Shown piece after piece: positions 1 to 9,400 of a stretch of 32,000 bases of DNA. Position 1 is the first letter of the stretch; every line of letters starts with the position of its first letter. This DNA comes from Desulfosporosinus lacus DSM 15449 (GTDB taxonomy: Bacteria; Bacillota; Desulfitobacteriia; Desulfitobacteriales; Desulfitobacteriaceae): positions 106,298 through 138,297 of the forward strand of contig NZ_FQXJ01000009.1 in the NCBI RefSeq assembly GCF_900129935.1, given 5' to 3'. Position numbers and translations under genes: made by a program. The notes beneath the pieces are model-generated. The model had not been told where the DNA came from and searched no databases. It worked only from the letters and a program-made list of their open reading frames with translations.

Positions 1-1337
1 CCGTCAATGTAAACACTTCCCGCTTCCACACGCTCGCCAAATTCCATTCGATTTGGAGAAAGTTCAACACGTGAGCCAAGCTGGGTTATGGCGATGTCTT
101 GGTCAGCATAGCCAAGGGAATGACCGATTCTTCGAAAGCCCACTTGATGACGGATTTCACCGTGATGCGGTATCAGAAAACGCGGCTGGACAAGACGGAT
201 CACGAGCTTAATCTCTTCTTGATTAGCGTGTCCGGACACATGAACCTGTCCCATTTCTTTGGTCACAACTTCAGCCCCGATTTGATAAAGATGATTGATC
301 GTCTTACCGACCAATTTCTCGTTACCTGGTATCGGTGTTGCCGCCATAATTACCATGTCCCCAGCCAAAACATTGATCTGCCGATGGCTTCGAGTGGCCA
401 TCCTCGTCAAGGCGGCCAGCGGCTCTCCTTGACTGCCGGTGGTGAGCACGAGCAATTTTTCAGGTGGCATATTTCCAACCTCAGCACTGGGAACTAAGAT
501 ATTCTCATCCGGCAATTTCAGATATCCCAGTTCTATTGCAGTTCGAACCACATTTTCCATACTTCTTCCCACAACGCAAACCTTGCGTCCAATATCCGCG
601 GCTGCATCGATCGCTTGCTGAATCCGGTGCACATTCGAAGCAAAGGAAGCCATGATAATCTTTCCTTCAGCCCGTTCGAACCACTCCCGCAAGGCTTTCC
701 CAACAGCCATCTCGGACACAGTAACACCGGGCCTCTCTGCGTTTGTTGAATCGCAGAGCAAGGCCAGAACCCCTTCCTGCCCCCAAGCTGCCAGTTTTCC
801 CAGTTCCATGTCCTGACCGTCAATCGGCGTATAGTCGACCTTGAAGTCCCCGGTATAAATCACTCTGCCCACCGGAGTAAGTAAAGAATACCCTACTGCA
901 TCAGGAATACTGTGGGTAACCCGAAACGCTTCTACTTTAAAGGCCCCTGCCTGAATTGGTACGCCCGGTTCAAGAATGTTAATCAAAGACTCTGGGTATG
1001 GAGTCCTCTCCTGAAACTTTGCCTGTACTAACCCTAAGGCTAATTTAGTTCCATAAATGGGAATATTCAATTTAGGCAAAATGAAGGGAAGTCCTCCAAT
1101 ATGATCTTCATGTCCATGAGTAATAAAGAGTCCCTTAATTCGGTCACGGTTTTTCTCTAAATAAGTTATATCGGGAATCACTAAATCGATGCCAAGTAAT
1201 TCCTCATCCGGGAACTTTACCCCCCCGTCGATGATTACAATGGAATCCTCGTATTCAAAGACAAGCAGATTCTTCCCAATTTCTCCGGTTCCTCCCAGGG
1301 GAATCACACTAAGCTTTGACGTCTTATTGGGCAACAT
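1..1337 (-). CDS. rnj: Ribonuclease J (metallo-beta-lactamase / beta-CASP RNase); the C-terminal part runs off the left edge
   Basis: Absent from the ORF track because it is open to the window edge. My translation from ATG 1337..1335 (GGAGG 8 nt upstream) gives MLPNKTSKLSVIPLGGTGEIGKNLLVFEYED...ITHGHEDHIGG...DSTNAERPG...VHVSGHA...GSVYIDG. These are RNase J hallmark motifs, and the frame stays open to position 1. Confidence 0.9.
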   Translation of the reverse strand, partial: MLPNKTSKLSVIPLGGTGEIGKNLLVFEYEDSIVIIDGGVKFPDEELLGIDLVIPDITYLEKNRDRIKGLFITHGHEDHIGGLPFILPKLNIPIYGTKLALGLVQAKFQERTPYPESLINILEPGVPIQAGAFKVEAFRVTHSIPDAVGYSLLTPVGRVIYTGDFKVDYTPIDGQDMELGKLAAWGQEGVLALLCDSTNAERPGVTVSEMAVGKALREWFERAEGKIIMASFASNVHRIQQAIDAAADIGRKVCVVGRSMENVVRTAIELGYLKLPDENILVPSAEVGNMPPEKLLVLTTGSQGEPLAALTRMATRSHRQINVLAGDMVIMAATPIPGNEKLVGKTINHLYQIGAEVVTKEMGQVHVSGHANQEEIKLVIRLVQPRFLIPHHGEIRHQVGFRRIGHSLGYADQDIAITQLGSRVELSPNRMEFGERVEAGSVYID

Positions 1338-1517
1338 AAAAAACACCTCCTATGGTAGCACTAAACTTACTTTGCCCCATAGAAGATGTTTTCATGTCAT
1401 ATTATATACTTACAAGACCCCACTTTTGTTCAAGTGGTTCCAGACCAAACCCTCAGGCTTGGCAGTCTTCCATTGCGACAATTCCGACTTCCGGCATCTG
1501 GTCTCTGACCCCTTGTT

Positions 1518-2078
1518 TTACTGAGCCCGTTGAACATAGCTTCCGGTTCTTGTATCAATGATCAGAACATCTCCCTCATTGACAAAGAACGGAACTTGCA
1601 CAACAGTACCCGTTTCCAAAGTTGCAGGCTTAGTCCCTCCTGTAGCCGTGTCCCCTTTGACTCCCGGTTCAGTGGCGGCAACCGCTAGCTGAACTGTATT
1701 TGGCACATCAACTCCGATGACCTCCACGTCAAAGAAAAGCACCCCTAAAGTCATGTTTTCTTTCAACCACTTGACACCGTCTCCGATTTGAGCCTCTGTC
1801 AAAGAAGTTTGCTCATAGGTCTCCTTATCCATGACCACAAAGTGTTCCCCATCTTTATAGAGGTAATCCATCTCTCTGCGCTCAACATGGGCCTTTTCAA
1901 CCTTTTCTCCGGCATTAAACCTCCGCTCCACAACTCCGCCGGTTTTGACATTTTTCAATTTCGTACGCACAAAGGCAGCACCTTTACCGGGCTTGACATG
2001 TTGGAATTCAACCACTGAAAATACATCACCATCTAATTCGATGGTTAGACCTGTCTTAAAATCATTTGTAGAAATCAT
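1518..2078 (-). CDS. efp: Translation elongation factor P
   Basis: The 186-aa ORF begins [47 protein letters not shown], the canonical EF-P N-terminus including the KPGKG loop. GGGGGAAG SD upstream. Confidence 0.97.
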   Translation of the reverse strand: MISTNDFKTGLTIELDGDVFSVVEFQHVKPGKGAAFVRTKLKNVKTGGVVERRFNAGEKVEKAHVERREMDYLYKDGEHFVVMDKETYEQTSLTEAQIGDGVKWLKENMTLGVLFFDVEVIGVDVPNTVQLAVAATEPGVKGDTATGGTKPATLETGTVVQVPFFVNEGDVLIIDTRTGSYVQRAQ

Positions 2079-2259
2079 GTTATTTCTTCCCCCTAATAAT
2101 TCTTGTATAAGTTAGTTTGTCCTCTTCTAACGTCTAATACTTAGAAATCCCTAAACAATATCCCTGATTCCGGTAAGGTTCTTTCCTGTCTGAATCTTCG
2201 TGCTCCCTCAGCGGTGCTTACGAAAGATGTTATCCAACAGTTAGCTATTCGGACAAATT

Positions 2260-3321
2260 TTACTCGAAAATAATGAATTCTTTCGGTGCTTTAGTTAATA
2301 CTTCACAGCCGTTTTCTGTCACCAAAACAATATCTTCAATTCGGACACCGCCCCAATTAGGGATATAGATACCAGGTTCGACCGTAATGACCATACCCGG
2401 CTCCAGCAATCGTTCTTCCCTTTTATTTAGATTCGGACCTTCATGGATAGCCAGTCCTACAGAGTGTCCCAATCCATGTCCGAAGTAATCTCCATAACCG
2501 GCCTTTTCGATCATTGCGCGGGCTACAGCATCCACTTCTTTTCCGGTTCGTCCCGGAGCAACTGCTTGAATCCCTGCCCGCTGGGCAGCCAAGACAGTAT
2601 CATAAACCTGCCGATGCTTGTCCTCCGGATCGCCGATGAACACAGTTCGAGTAATATCTGAACAGTAACCTTGATAAATCGCTCCGAAATCCATTGTCAG
2701 GAACTCTCCTGATTGAACTCTCTTTGAACTGGCTGTCCCATGAGGCATAGCTGAACGAATACCCGAAGCCACGATGAAGTCGAATGAACCCCCGCTTGCA
2801 CCAGCCCGGCGCATAGAAAATTCTAAGTTGAGGCCAATTTCTTCCTCCGTCTGTCCGATTTCGATGGTCTTTAATGCTTCATCAAACGCCATATCTGCAA
2901 TCTTAACTGCTTGTCGAATCAACTCAATCTCAGAACTATCCTTTATCGAACGCAGGTGACTGACAAGATCAGGTAATGAGATAAGTTCTGCTTGTGAAAA
3001 TCCATCCTTAAATTTTCCAAAGTCCACATATGTGATAAAGTCCCCTTCAAAGCCAACCCTTTGAGCCTGTTGTCCGACTTCTGACAAAGTCGTAAAGTGG
3101 TCCTGTCCCGCGTCAATAATTTCAAACTCAGGGGCCTGGGCTTTGGCTTGTTCTATGTAGCGAAAGTCGGTCAATAAAAGGGCTTTTTCTAATGTAATGT
3201 ACAAAGTGGTTTCTCCACCGGAAAACCCGCTTAGGTATCGTCCATTCTCCGGACGCATTACAACATATGCGTCGATATTTCCATTGTGCATCTGTTGACG
3301 CATTTGTTGCAGACGACTCAC
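2260..3321 (-). CDS. M24-family Xaa-Pro aminopeptidase / dipeptidase (aminopeptidase P family)
   Basis: 353 aa with a creatinase-like N-domain and M24 pita-bread metal ligand context (DFGAIYQGYCSDITRT, HGLGHSVGLAIHE, EPGIY, RIED). GTG start with GGGGGAG SD. The conserved aroQ-pepP-efp order of Firmicutes supports the call. Confidence 0.9.
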   Translation of the reverse strand: MSRLQQMRQQMHNGNIDAYVVMRPENGRYLSGFSGGETTLYITLEKALLLTDFRYIEQAKAQAPEFEIIDAGQDHFTTLSEVGQQAQRVGFEGDFITYVDFGKFKDGFSQAELISLPDLVSHLRSIKDSSEIELIRQAVKIADMAFDEALKTIEIGQTEEEIGLNLEFSMRRAGASGGSFDFIVASGIRSAMPHGTASSKRVQSGEFLTMDFGAIYQGYCSDITRTVFIGDPEDKHRQVYDTVLAAQRAGIQAVAPGRTGKEVDAVARAMIEKAGYGDYFGHGLGHSVGLAIHEGPNLNKREERLLEPGMVITVEPGIYIPNWGGVRIEDIVLVTENGCEVLTKAPKEFIIFE

Positions 3322-3340
3322 TAAATGTCTCCCCCTTTTC

Positions 3341-3368
3341 GTAGTTCGTGGTTTGTAGTACGTGGTTC
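3341..3368. repeat. Tandem direct repeat, 2 x 14 bp (GTAGTTCGTGGTTT / GTAGTACGTGGTTC) in the aroQ-peptidase spacer
   Basis: Read directly; 12 of 14 positions identical and the copies are adjacent. Confidence 0.7.
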
Positions 3369-3386
3369 GAATATCTGATTCGCGCG

Positions 3387-3827
3387 TTATGCCCGCTGCT
3401 CTTGGTAGTCAATAGCATAACGCATCGCTAATCCATACCCCTCTGCACCAAGCCCTGAAATCTGTCCGATGCAGACCGGCGCAATAACTGAATTGGCTCG
3501 AAATGCTTCACGAGCATGGATATTGGACAGATGAACCTCAACCGCCGGAACCTTTACTCCACTAATAGCATCTCGAATCGCATAACTTGTATGCGTCCAA
3601 GCCCCAGGATTAAGGATTAAAAAATCAGCAGGTGTTAAGTCTTGAATCCAATCTATGAGAACTCCCTCATGATTCGTTTGCCGGCACTCAACGTTTATTT
3701 TGGCTTCATCCGCTAATTTTAGTATTCCCTGATTAATCTCTGCCAATGTTTGCGATCCATAATGCTCAGGCTCACGCAACCCTAATAAATTGATATTCGG
3801 ACCATTAAACACCCATATCTTACCCAT
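3387..3827 (-). CDS. aroQ: Type II 3-dehydroquinate dehydratase
   Basis: 146 aa: MGKIWVFNGPNINLLGLREPEHYG...ECRQTNHEG.LIDWIQ...NPGAWTHTSYAIRDA...EVHLSNIHAREAFR. This is the textbook AroQ signature. Confidence 0.96.
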   Translation of the reverse strand: MGKIWVFNGPNINLLGLREPEHYGSQTLAEINQGILKLADEAKINVECRQTNHEGVLIDWIQDLTPADFLILNPGAWTHTSYAIRDAISGVKVPAVEVHLSNIHAREAFRANSVIAPVCIGQISGLGAEGYGLAMRYAIDYQEQRA

Positions 3828-3874
3828 TTAATCACTTCCTTAACTACCTTCTTAAAATTTTAACACAATTTTCT

Positions 3875-3883
3875 ATTGTAGCA
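3875..3883 (-). promoter_or_regulatory. Candidate extended -10 promoter element (TGcTACAAT) for the aroQ-peptidase-efp unit
   Basis: The minus strand reads ATGCTACAAT about 48 nt upstream of the aroQ ATG. No convincing -35 element. Confidence 0.35.
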
Positions 3884-3996
3884 TAGTATTTTTAGGAGTG
3901 ATCCATGCATAAGAGCAATGGACAACAGTGTATTGCAATCGCCCTTAATATCATCCCAAGCTCTTACATGATTATTTACATAATATCATAATCTGT

Positions 3997-4029
3997 GATG
4001 AAGTCAGGAAATTAATGAATTAACGATAG
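3997..4029 (+). repeat. Orphan copy of the last ~10 codons plus stop of the Rpn-like gene (direct repeat of 4948-4980)
   Basis: GATGAAGTCAGGAAATTAATGAATTAACGATAG here versus GATGAAGTCAGGGACTTAATGAATTAACGATAG at 4948-4980. Similarity stops immediately upstream. Confidence 0.8.
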
Positions 4030-4087
4030 AAACAATTGGATAATAAAGCAATTAGTAGCCAAGACAGGGAATCGAGTTTGACAGACG

Positions 4088-4129
4088 GCTTGTCCAAGAA
4101 ACGAATGCGCATTCGTTTCTTGGACAAGC
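4088..4129. repeat. Perfect 42-bp palindrome (GCTTGTCCAAGAAACGAATGC|GCATTCGTTTCTTGGACAAGC)
   Basis: Verified base by base. As RNA it would form a ~19-bp stem with a GCGC tetraloop and has no clear U-tract on either strand. Confidence 0.95.
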
Positions 4130-4172
4130 CCGATTTGTTAGAGCCGGATTTTCAAACCGGAAACTGTGAGCA

Positions 4173-4396
4173 TTAAGGAGAAATTGTGTCGGGAACACCC
4201 GTCCGTTCTATGGCATAAGCTATAGAAGCAAACTTTGCCGATGGACTGCCCGGACCTTTACCTGGGATTTCGATAGGCCGGCCGTCGTCATCATATTTAT
4301 ACCGACTCCAAATTCTCGTCTCATTTTCACTGCCGAGTTTGAACGTCGAGGTTCCAATCAGCTGATTTCCTTCATTATAATCAAATTAATCTTCCA
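4173..4396 (-). pseudogene. Orphan Rhs/YD-repeat core fragment
   Basis: 4274-4396 aligns at DNA level with 7847-7963 of the large Rhs gene (for example GTCGAGGTTCCAATCAGCTGATT is shared). Translation gives EVED*FDYNEGNQLIGTSTFK..YKYDDDGR versus GVEDRFDYNEGNQLIGTSTFK..YEYDDDGR. There is an in-frame TAA where the intact gene has CGA, and homology is lost on both sides. Confidence 0.8.
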
Positions 4397-4587
4397 CCTC
4401 TGAAAAGAGGAAAGATACTGTTTGTAACGATAGGGTTATCCGGAAGGGGAAGAGAAGTAAGGCGACTCACGTCTACTTTTGAAGTGAACCAATTCCTCAC
4501 TGCCGCGAGGTATGTTATAATTAGACTGTAATTTGCCCTTAACCATCGGATAGGTTTTAGCAACAAAACCATTTTGTCGGTCAAGGG

Positions 4588-4974
4588 GTGAGTGAAATGT
4601 GTCTTATCCATAAACCTCATGATAAATTTTTCAAGGAAACCCTCAGTGACATTGGGACGGCCAAGGATTTTCTGCAAAACTATCTGCCCCAGGAAATTCT
4701 GGACATTATTGATTTGGAGACCATCACCCCGCAAAAAGACAGTAATGATCTGACGTTTCAGCCAATCTACGAACTAGCCAAAGAGATTTCCTTGGAAAGG
4801 AGTGAAGCCGTTATGACTATTGCGGAGAAACTGATCACCGAAGGTATGGAGAAGGGGATGGAAAAAGGCAAGCTGGAAGTGGCGGAAAATTTGCTGAGGC
4901 TAGGCCTGGGAATCGATATGATTCTAAAGGCTACAGGACTGACTGAGGATGAAGTCAGGGACTTAATGAATTAA
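4588..4974 (+). pseudogene. Internally deleted Rpn-family (YhgA-like, Transposase_31) recombination-promoting nuclease / putative transposase remnant
   Basis: The N-terminus HDKFFKETLSDIGTAKDFLQNYLPQEILDIIDLETI and the C-terminus TIAEKLITEGMEKGMEKGKLEVAENLLRLGL..ILKATGLTEDEV are the two typical ends of ~300-aa Rpn proteins. The PD-(D/E)xK core between them is missing (128 aa total). The likely real start is ATG 4597, after AAGGGG. Confidence 0.7.
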
Positions 4975-4987
4975 CGATAGGAACTAA

Positions 4988-5022
4988 ATTGCCCTGGGCT
5001 GCTCTAAGCAACTCAGGGCAAT
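4988..5022 (+). terminator. Stem-loop (ATTGCCCTG-N17-CAGGGCAAT) just after the Rpn remnant
   Basis: 9-bp perfect stem followed by CTTTAGTT. The loop is large, so this is a weak terminator call. Confidence 0.35.
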
Positions 5023-5155
5023 CTTTAGTTAAGAACTCAATTATCTTTGTTTTCTACTACCCCAAAAACGATTCGACAATTATCGGGAAGTACCCTAGAG
5101 AGGAAAAGAAGGCCTTCGAAGAAGGCATTTTCCGAGCCGAGCATTATTTTAGCAC

Positions 5156-5788
5156 TTATTCAGGGAACTTGAAACATGACTTTAAAACCTTACTCAATGC
5201 ATTTCTTGGCGTATAAACTTCAAAGTAGCTATAATCAAAGGCTCTTATCTCAATTTCTGATTCTGGATGCTGGAGCCCCTCTAGAGCTTCAGTTTGTGGT
5301 AGTAAGTTTTTCTTCCAAAGTACCTCCTTATTTATTGGAAATGCGATGAAGACACCGCGCTCAAATTGAATTACCTTCTTAACCTTTTCAATTAATTCTT
5401 CAGTTGTATTAATCAAACATATCCCTGCTTGGTCTTGAGGGAACAGGAAGTTCATTGGCGTGTACGAACTCCCAAAGACATCAAACACAAACCAGCAATG
5501 GTTTCTCAGTTCATACTTAATACAATTTAAAATTTTTCCTAGTTGATCGCCTAAACAGATTAGTTCATTTGAAAACTGCTCCTTTCCCAATAAAAAGGTA
5601 TATTCAGAGTGGTTATCTCTGAAAACCTGCAAGATCAATTCCTCCCTTAATTTAAAGTTTTCACTTAAATCTCCACAAACCGTTAATAAACTCTGCATAA
5701 TGATCGTGAGGGTTAGTATGATTTTGGGACGACCATGAATATAGTCCCCGTTTCTACCTTTTGCCCAACCTATCTGTATGTGGCGCAT
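5156..5788 (-). CDS. Hypothetical protein; candidate orphan immunity protein of the Rhs locus
   Basis: 210-aa ORF in AT-rich DNA downstream of the toxin-immunity pair. No SD at either candidate start (5788 or Met31 at 5698) and no motif I recognise. The call rests on position only. Confidence 0.45.
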   Translation of the reverse strand: MRHIQIGWAKGRNGDYIHGRPKIILTLTIIMQSLLTVCGDLSENFKLREELILQVFRDNHSEYTFLLGKEQFSNELICLGDQLGKILNCIKYELRNHCWFVFDVFGSSYTPMNFLFPQDQAGICLINTTEELIEKVKKVIQFERGVFIAFPINKEVLWKKNLLPQTEALEGLQHPESEIEIRAFDYSYFEVYTPRNALSKVLKSCFKFPE

Positions 5789-5842
5789 TAGACTCTGGAA
5801 TGTGCGTCGTTCCTCGCTCGAAAAGCGTCTAGCTTCAAGAGC

Positions 5843-5884
5843 AAAAGAGGAGTCCTACTTACTGAGACGAAGGACTCCTCTTTT
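5843..5884 (-). terminator. Intrinsic terminator of the Rhs-immunity operon (usable in both directions)
   Basis: AAAAGAGGAGTCCT-N14-AGGACTCCTCTTTT. 14-bp stem with T-runs on both strands, about 110 nt past the immunity stop. Confidence 0.65.
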
Positions 5885-5995
5885 AGGTTGTTAGAATTGT
5901 TCCCGATTTTATGAGTACGACTTGGACCTGATTCTTATTTTTGGTATTACCCTAGTTGGTTAGGTTATCCCAATGTTTAATCTGAAAATTGAATA

Positions 5996-6418
5996 TCAAA
6001 GTAAATCGATCTCTTCCTTGGCAATCCCAAATAAACAAAGTACATCATTTTCAAGTTGTTCTGCAGCAAAATCCTTTTTAACTTTTTTGCCAAGAAGCCT
6101 TATACAATCAACTACGTTTTTGATTATTAACAACTTCTTTTTCTCGTAGTTAGCATTGAGGAAGCTTTCGTAATCAATTCTCAGCCTGTAGTCAGCATCC
6201 TTAGTTTTCTTTTTGTAAAGCTTCCTTTCTTTGAAAAACCCGGCACTTTCTAACTCAGGTTCTAAATTAACGATAATGGGTATTATACCTAGGTTCTGAA
6301 CCGCATTACCATAGTCATTTACCTCAAGAATCTTTAGCTTTTGTTTAATTTCGTTACGAATTTCTCTAAATGCTTCCGAAATAGTCGTGTCGATTTCACC
6401 GCTCATAAATATTTCCAT
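5996..6418 (-). CDS. Putative cognate immunity protein for the Rhs C-terminal toxin
   Basis: 140 aa from ATG 6418. The AGGGAG SD overlaps the Rhs stop codon (GAT TGG TAG GGAGCG), placing the gene immediately downstream of the toxin. Small, acidic/basic, AT-rich gene. The track start at 6424 is a TTG two codons upstream. Confidence 0.7.
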   Translation of the reverse strand: MEIFMSGEIDTTISEAFREIRNEIKQKLKILEVNDYGNAVQNLGIIPIIVNLEPELESAGFFKERKLYKKKTKDADYRLRIDYESFLNANYEKKKLLIIKNVVDCIRLLGKKVKKDFAAEQLENDVLCLFGIAKEEIDLL

Positions 6419-6430
6419 ATGCAACGCTCC

Positions 6431-9400
6431 CTACCAATCGCTTTTGTTTAGAGTAGGTCTTTTTCCAAAAGTAAATTTATATTCTAAAATCATATTGTGT
6501 TGCCAATCATGCATCTCTTTTTTAGTCCCTCTCACCATGATTTCCATATCTGCGTTATTCTTTAGAAGATACTTCTTAGTATACCTCTTAGGCCCTAAAG
6601 TAGTTTCTCCATATTTTAAAATTTCTCCAGTATCAATGTGTTTCAGAGCATATCCCACCGCCGCTTTAGCCGTTTGAAGCGAATTACCATGAACCGCCTT
6701 TCCAATTGCTTTAACCGTTGTAGCGGATACAGCAGGAATTGCTGCTGAAGCTGCGTCTACAGCTGCACCCACATAGTTTTTTTCAGACAAATCCATTGCT
6801 GTCATTTGAACATCTTGTTGGAAATCGGGGGCAGATGCGACTGTAGCAAAATAGTTCCCAATAACGACTAAGGCCATGAGTGCCCCTTCACCTAAGAACG
6901 GCAATAGAAACCAAATATGGCCGTTAGGATCATGTCGATTTACAGGATCTCCTCCGGTATACGTATATCGATTTAGAGTCTGAGGATTAGATAGGTCCTG
7001 ATAAATATTATCCTTCGTCAAAAACCTGCCAATCCCTGCATTATAGTACCTGGCATTCAGGAAATACAGCCCAGTTTCCTTATCATATCTATATCCCGCA
7101 TAAGTGTACGCATGATTAAAATCATCATCCGCGCTCATGTCAATAGAGTCGCCTGCTCCATCCTTAACACTGATGACATTCCCGTAAGGATCGTAAGCAT
7201 ACTGTCTGTACAAGGCACCATTGGAATCCGTCACCGCCACAACATCCCCATGGGCATTGTAATGGTAGTAATAATAGTTCCAATACTCTCCAACAGGGCG
7301 GAAGATATAGATCGAGAGCAGTTTTCCTTCCGGGGTTCGGGTATAGCGGGCGGTAACTTTATCCGCATACTGATTGGAGGTCTCGTACATCAGCTGACCC
7401 TTAAAGTAATGGTAGGTTATGGTCTCAGATCCCACGGTTTTCGTGAGGCGCTGGCCATCCCCGTCATAGGTGTAGCTGGCAATGACAGTACCTGCTCCGT
7501 TTTTCACGCTGGTTAAACGGTTAGCCGCATCATAAACATATTGCTGAGTTTTGCCGTTAACCGTCAGCTTAGTCAGATTCCCGTTGGCATCATAACTCAC
7601 ATTACCAGCCGACCCGTTGAGGGAGCTGATCTTATTATCCCCATCATAAGCAAAGGTATTTGTCTGTCCGCTGGGCAGCTCCATGGTTTTAAGGTTTCCC
7701 GCCGGATCATAGCTGTAATCCAGAGTGTGCTTTTTTACATCATCCGTGATCTCGGCTTGGGTTAAGCGGTTTAGCTGCTCAGTTCCATTATTGTAAACAT
7801 ATTTTGTCGTTGGATTTTCTGAACCGTCACGAGTAATGCTTTTCAGTCGGCCATCGTCATCATACTCATACTTGTTCGTAATTTTTGTATCGGTGCCGGG
7901 TTTGAAGGTCGAGGTTCCAATCAGCTGATTCCCTTCGTTATAATCAAATCGATCCTCCACACCATTGGGATTGGTCTGCAACTTCAGCTTGCTGCCCTCA
8001 TCGTACTTAAAGAGAGTGTCTTTGCCCGCTGCCGAGACTTTTTCCACCAACTTGTTGGGGGAATAGACAAAGGCGTAGAGGACGTCAGGATTGGATAGAT
8101 ACTTAAGCTTAAAGCCCAGAAGTTGATCCGTCTTGGAGTACATGTCTCCGGCAGGTTTGGTGATGCTCCCGATAAACGTGCCGCTGCTGCCCTTTTCGAT
8201 AGAGCTGATCAGATTTCCTACCTCATCGTAATCATAATCGAAGGTATGAAGGATTGGGCCAGTGGGTGTTTTGGAAACCGTTGCCTGCTTGCGCCGGCCT
8301 TCCAGATCATAGCTGAAACCGTAGGTTTCATTACTGGATAATCTCAGAGTCTTAAGCAAGCCTAAGGGACCGTAGTCTAAGCTGACGGTGCTGCCGCTGG
8401 CATTGGTTTTTTGAGTGAGCCGGCCATTGGCATCATAGGCATAACTGCTGACAATGGAGTTGGCGGCGTTCTTCTCAGCCTGGAGATTGTTCTTGTCATC
8501 ATAGACGAAGGAACTTTGATTGTATATCGTCCCTGAAGGAGCCTTGGTGTTAACACTTAAGACGTTGCCGTTGGCGTCCAGGCCGTAGGTGGTCAGGTTT
8601 TGGGCGTTGTCCGTGACGGTGCGCAAACGCTCCTGGCCGTCATAGGCGTAGCGGATGACTTCACCGGTAGGAGAAGTGACGGAGGTTGCTTGTCCATAGG
8701 CATCGTTCCCATAGCTGACCGTCTTATTCAGCTGATTGGTGGTGCTGACAACATAATTATTCGAGGAATCATAGTTTGAGGTAACCACTTCCCGGCCATA
8801 TCCGAAGCGAATATTGTCAAACTTGGCAACCCCTTGAGCACTGGTTACATCTAAGCGGACTTTGGCGGTTCCGTTGACAGGAGAGTTAAAGGGTACTACA
8901 TACTTGGCTAGGCCTGATTTTTCCGAGACGACTTTGGATTTAATGGTTTGAACGTAAGTCCCGGCTTGATTGTAGATAAGAACCTGCAGGGAAGCACCAT
9001 TGCCAGAAGCGGCGGTCAAGGGATCGGTGCTGAGATTTCCGCTTAGGGTATAGTCTTGCCCTTGTTTAACGGGGATCAGGGTTTGAGATTCCAGGTAAGT
9101 GCTCCCGGTAGAGGGGAGATTGATAGTTCCCACTTCTGATATGACGTCTGCATAGCTGCTGGAGCGAGCCCATTTGGAAAGTCCATTGACAAAGGAGGAG
9201 TTCTGCAGAGCGTTATACCCACGGATCTGTGGGCTTTGTTCAAACTGGAGGTTTTCGAAGTAACCGATATACCCTTGGTAGGTGATGGCCATGATCCGGG
9301 CATAGACAGCATTGGCTGGAGGTTTAATGTCCGTGGCGGTATATCGTTGCCACTCTCCGTCTTTGACTTTAAAATAAGGGGTAGGATCTTCGATTAGGTT

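Noticed and set aside
99-823. Tracked ORFs 99..497(+), 439..621(+), 464..655(+) and 533..823(-)
   Set aside because: All lie inside the RNase J coding region, either antisense or out of frame. Their translations are low-complexity and motif-free, while the rnj frame shows clear family motifs throughout.
1189-1561. Tracked plus-strand ORFs 1189..1524 and 1352..1561
   Set aside because: They run antisense across the rnj start and the rnj-efp spacer, with no SD and no recognisable sequence.
3905-3991. 28-codon ORF (MHKSNGQQCIAIALNIIPSSYMIIYIIS*) with AGGAG 6 nt upstream
   Set aside because: The SD and hydrophobic peptide are suggestive, but the ORF is too short to support from sequence alone and lies in a decayed scar region. 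I did not list it as a feature.
4381-4734. Tracked 117-aa minus-strand ORF
   Set aside because: It is antisense to the Rpn-like remnant, has no SD, and merely ends where the Rhs fragment begins, in a different frame. No similarity to the Rhs protein upstream of GVED.
4989-5216. Tracked 75-aa plus-strand ORF
   Set aside because: It starts inside the stem-loop after the Rpn remnant, has no SD, and overlaps the convergent 210-aa ORF.
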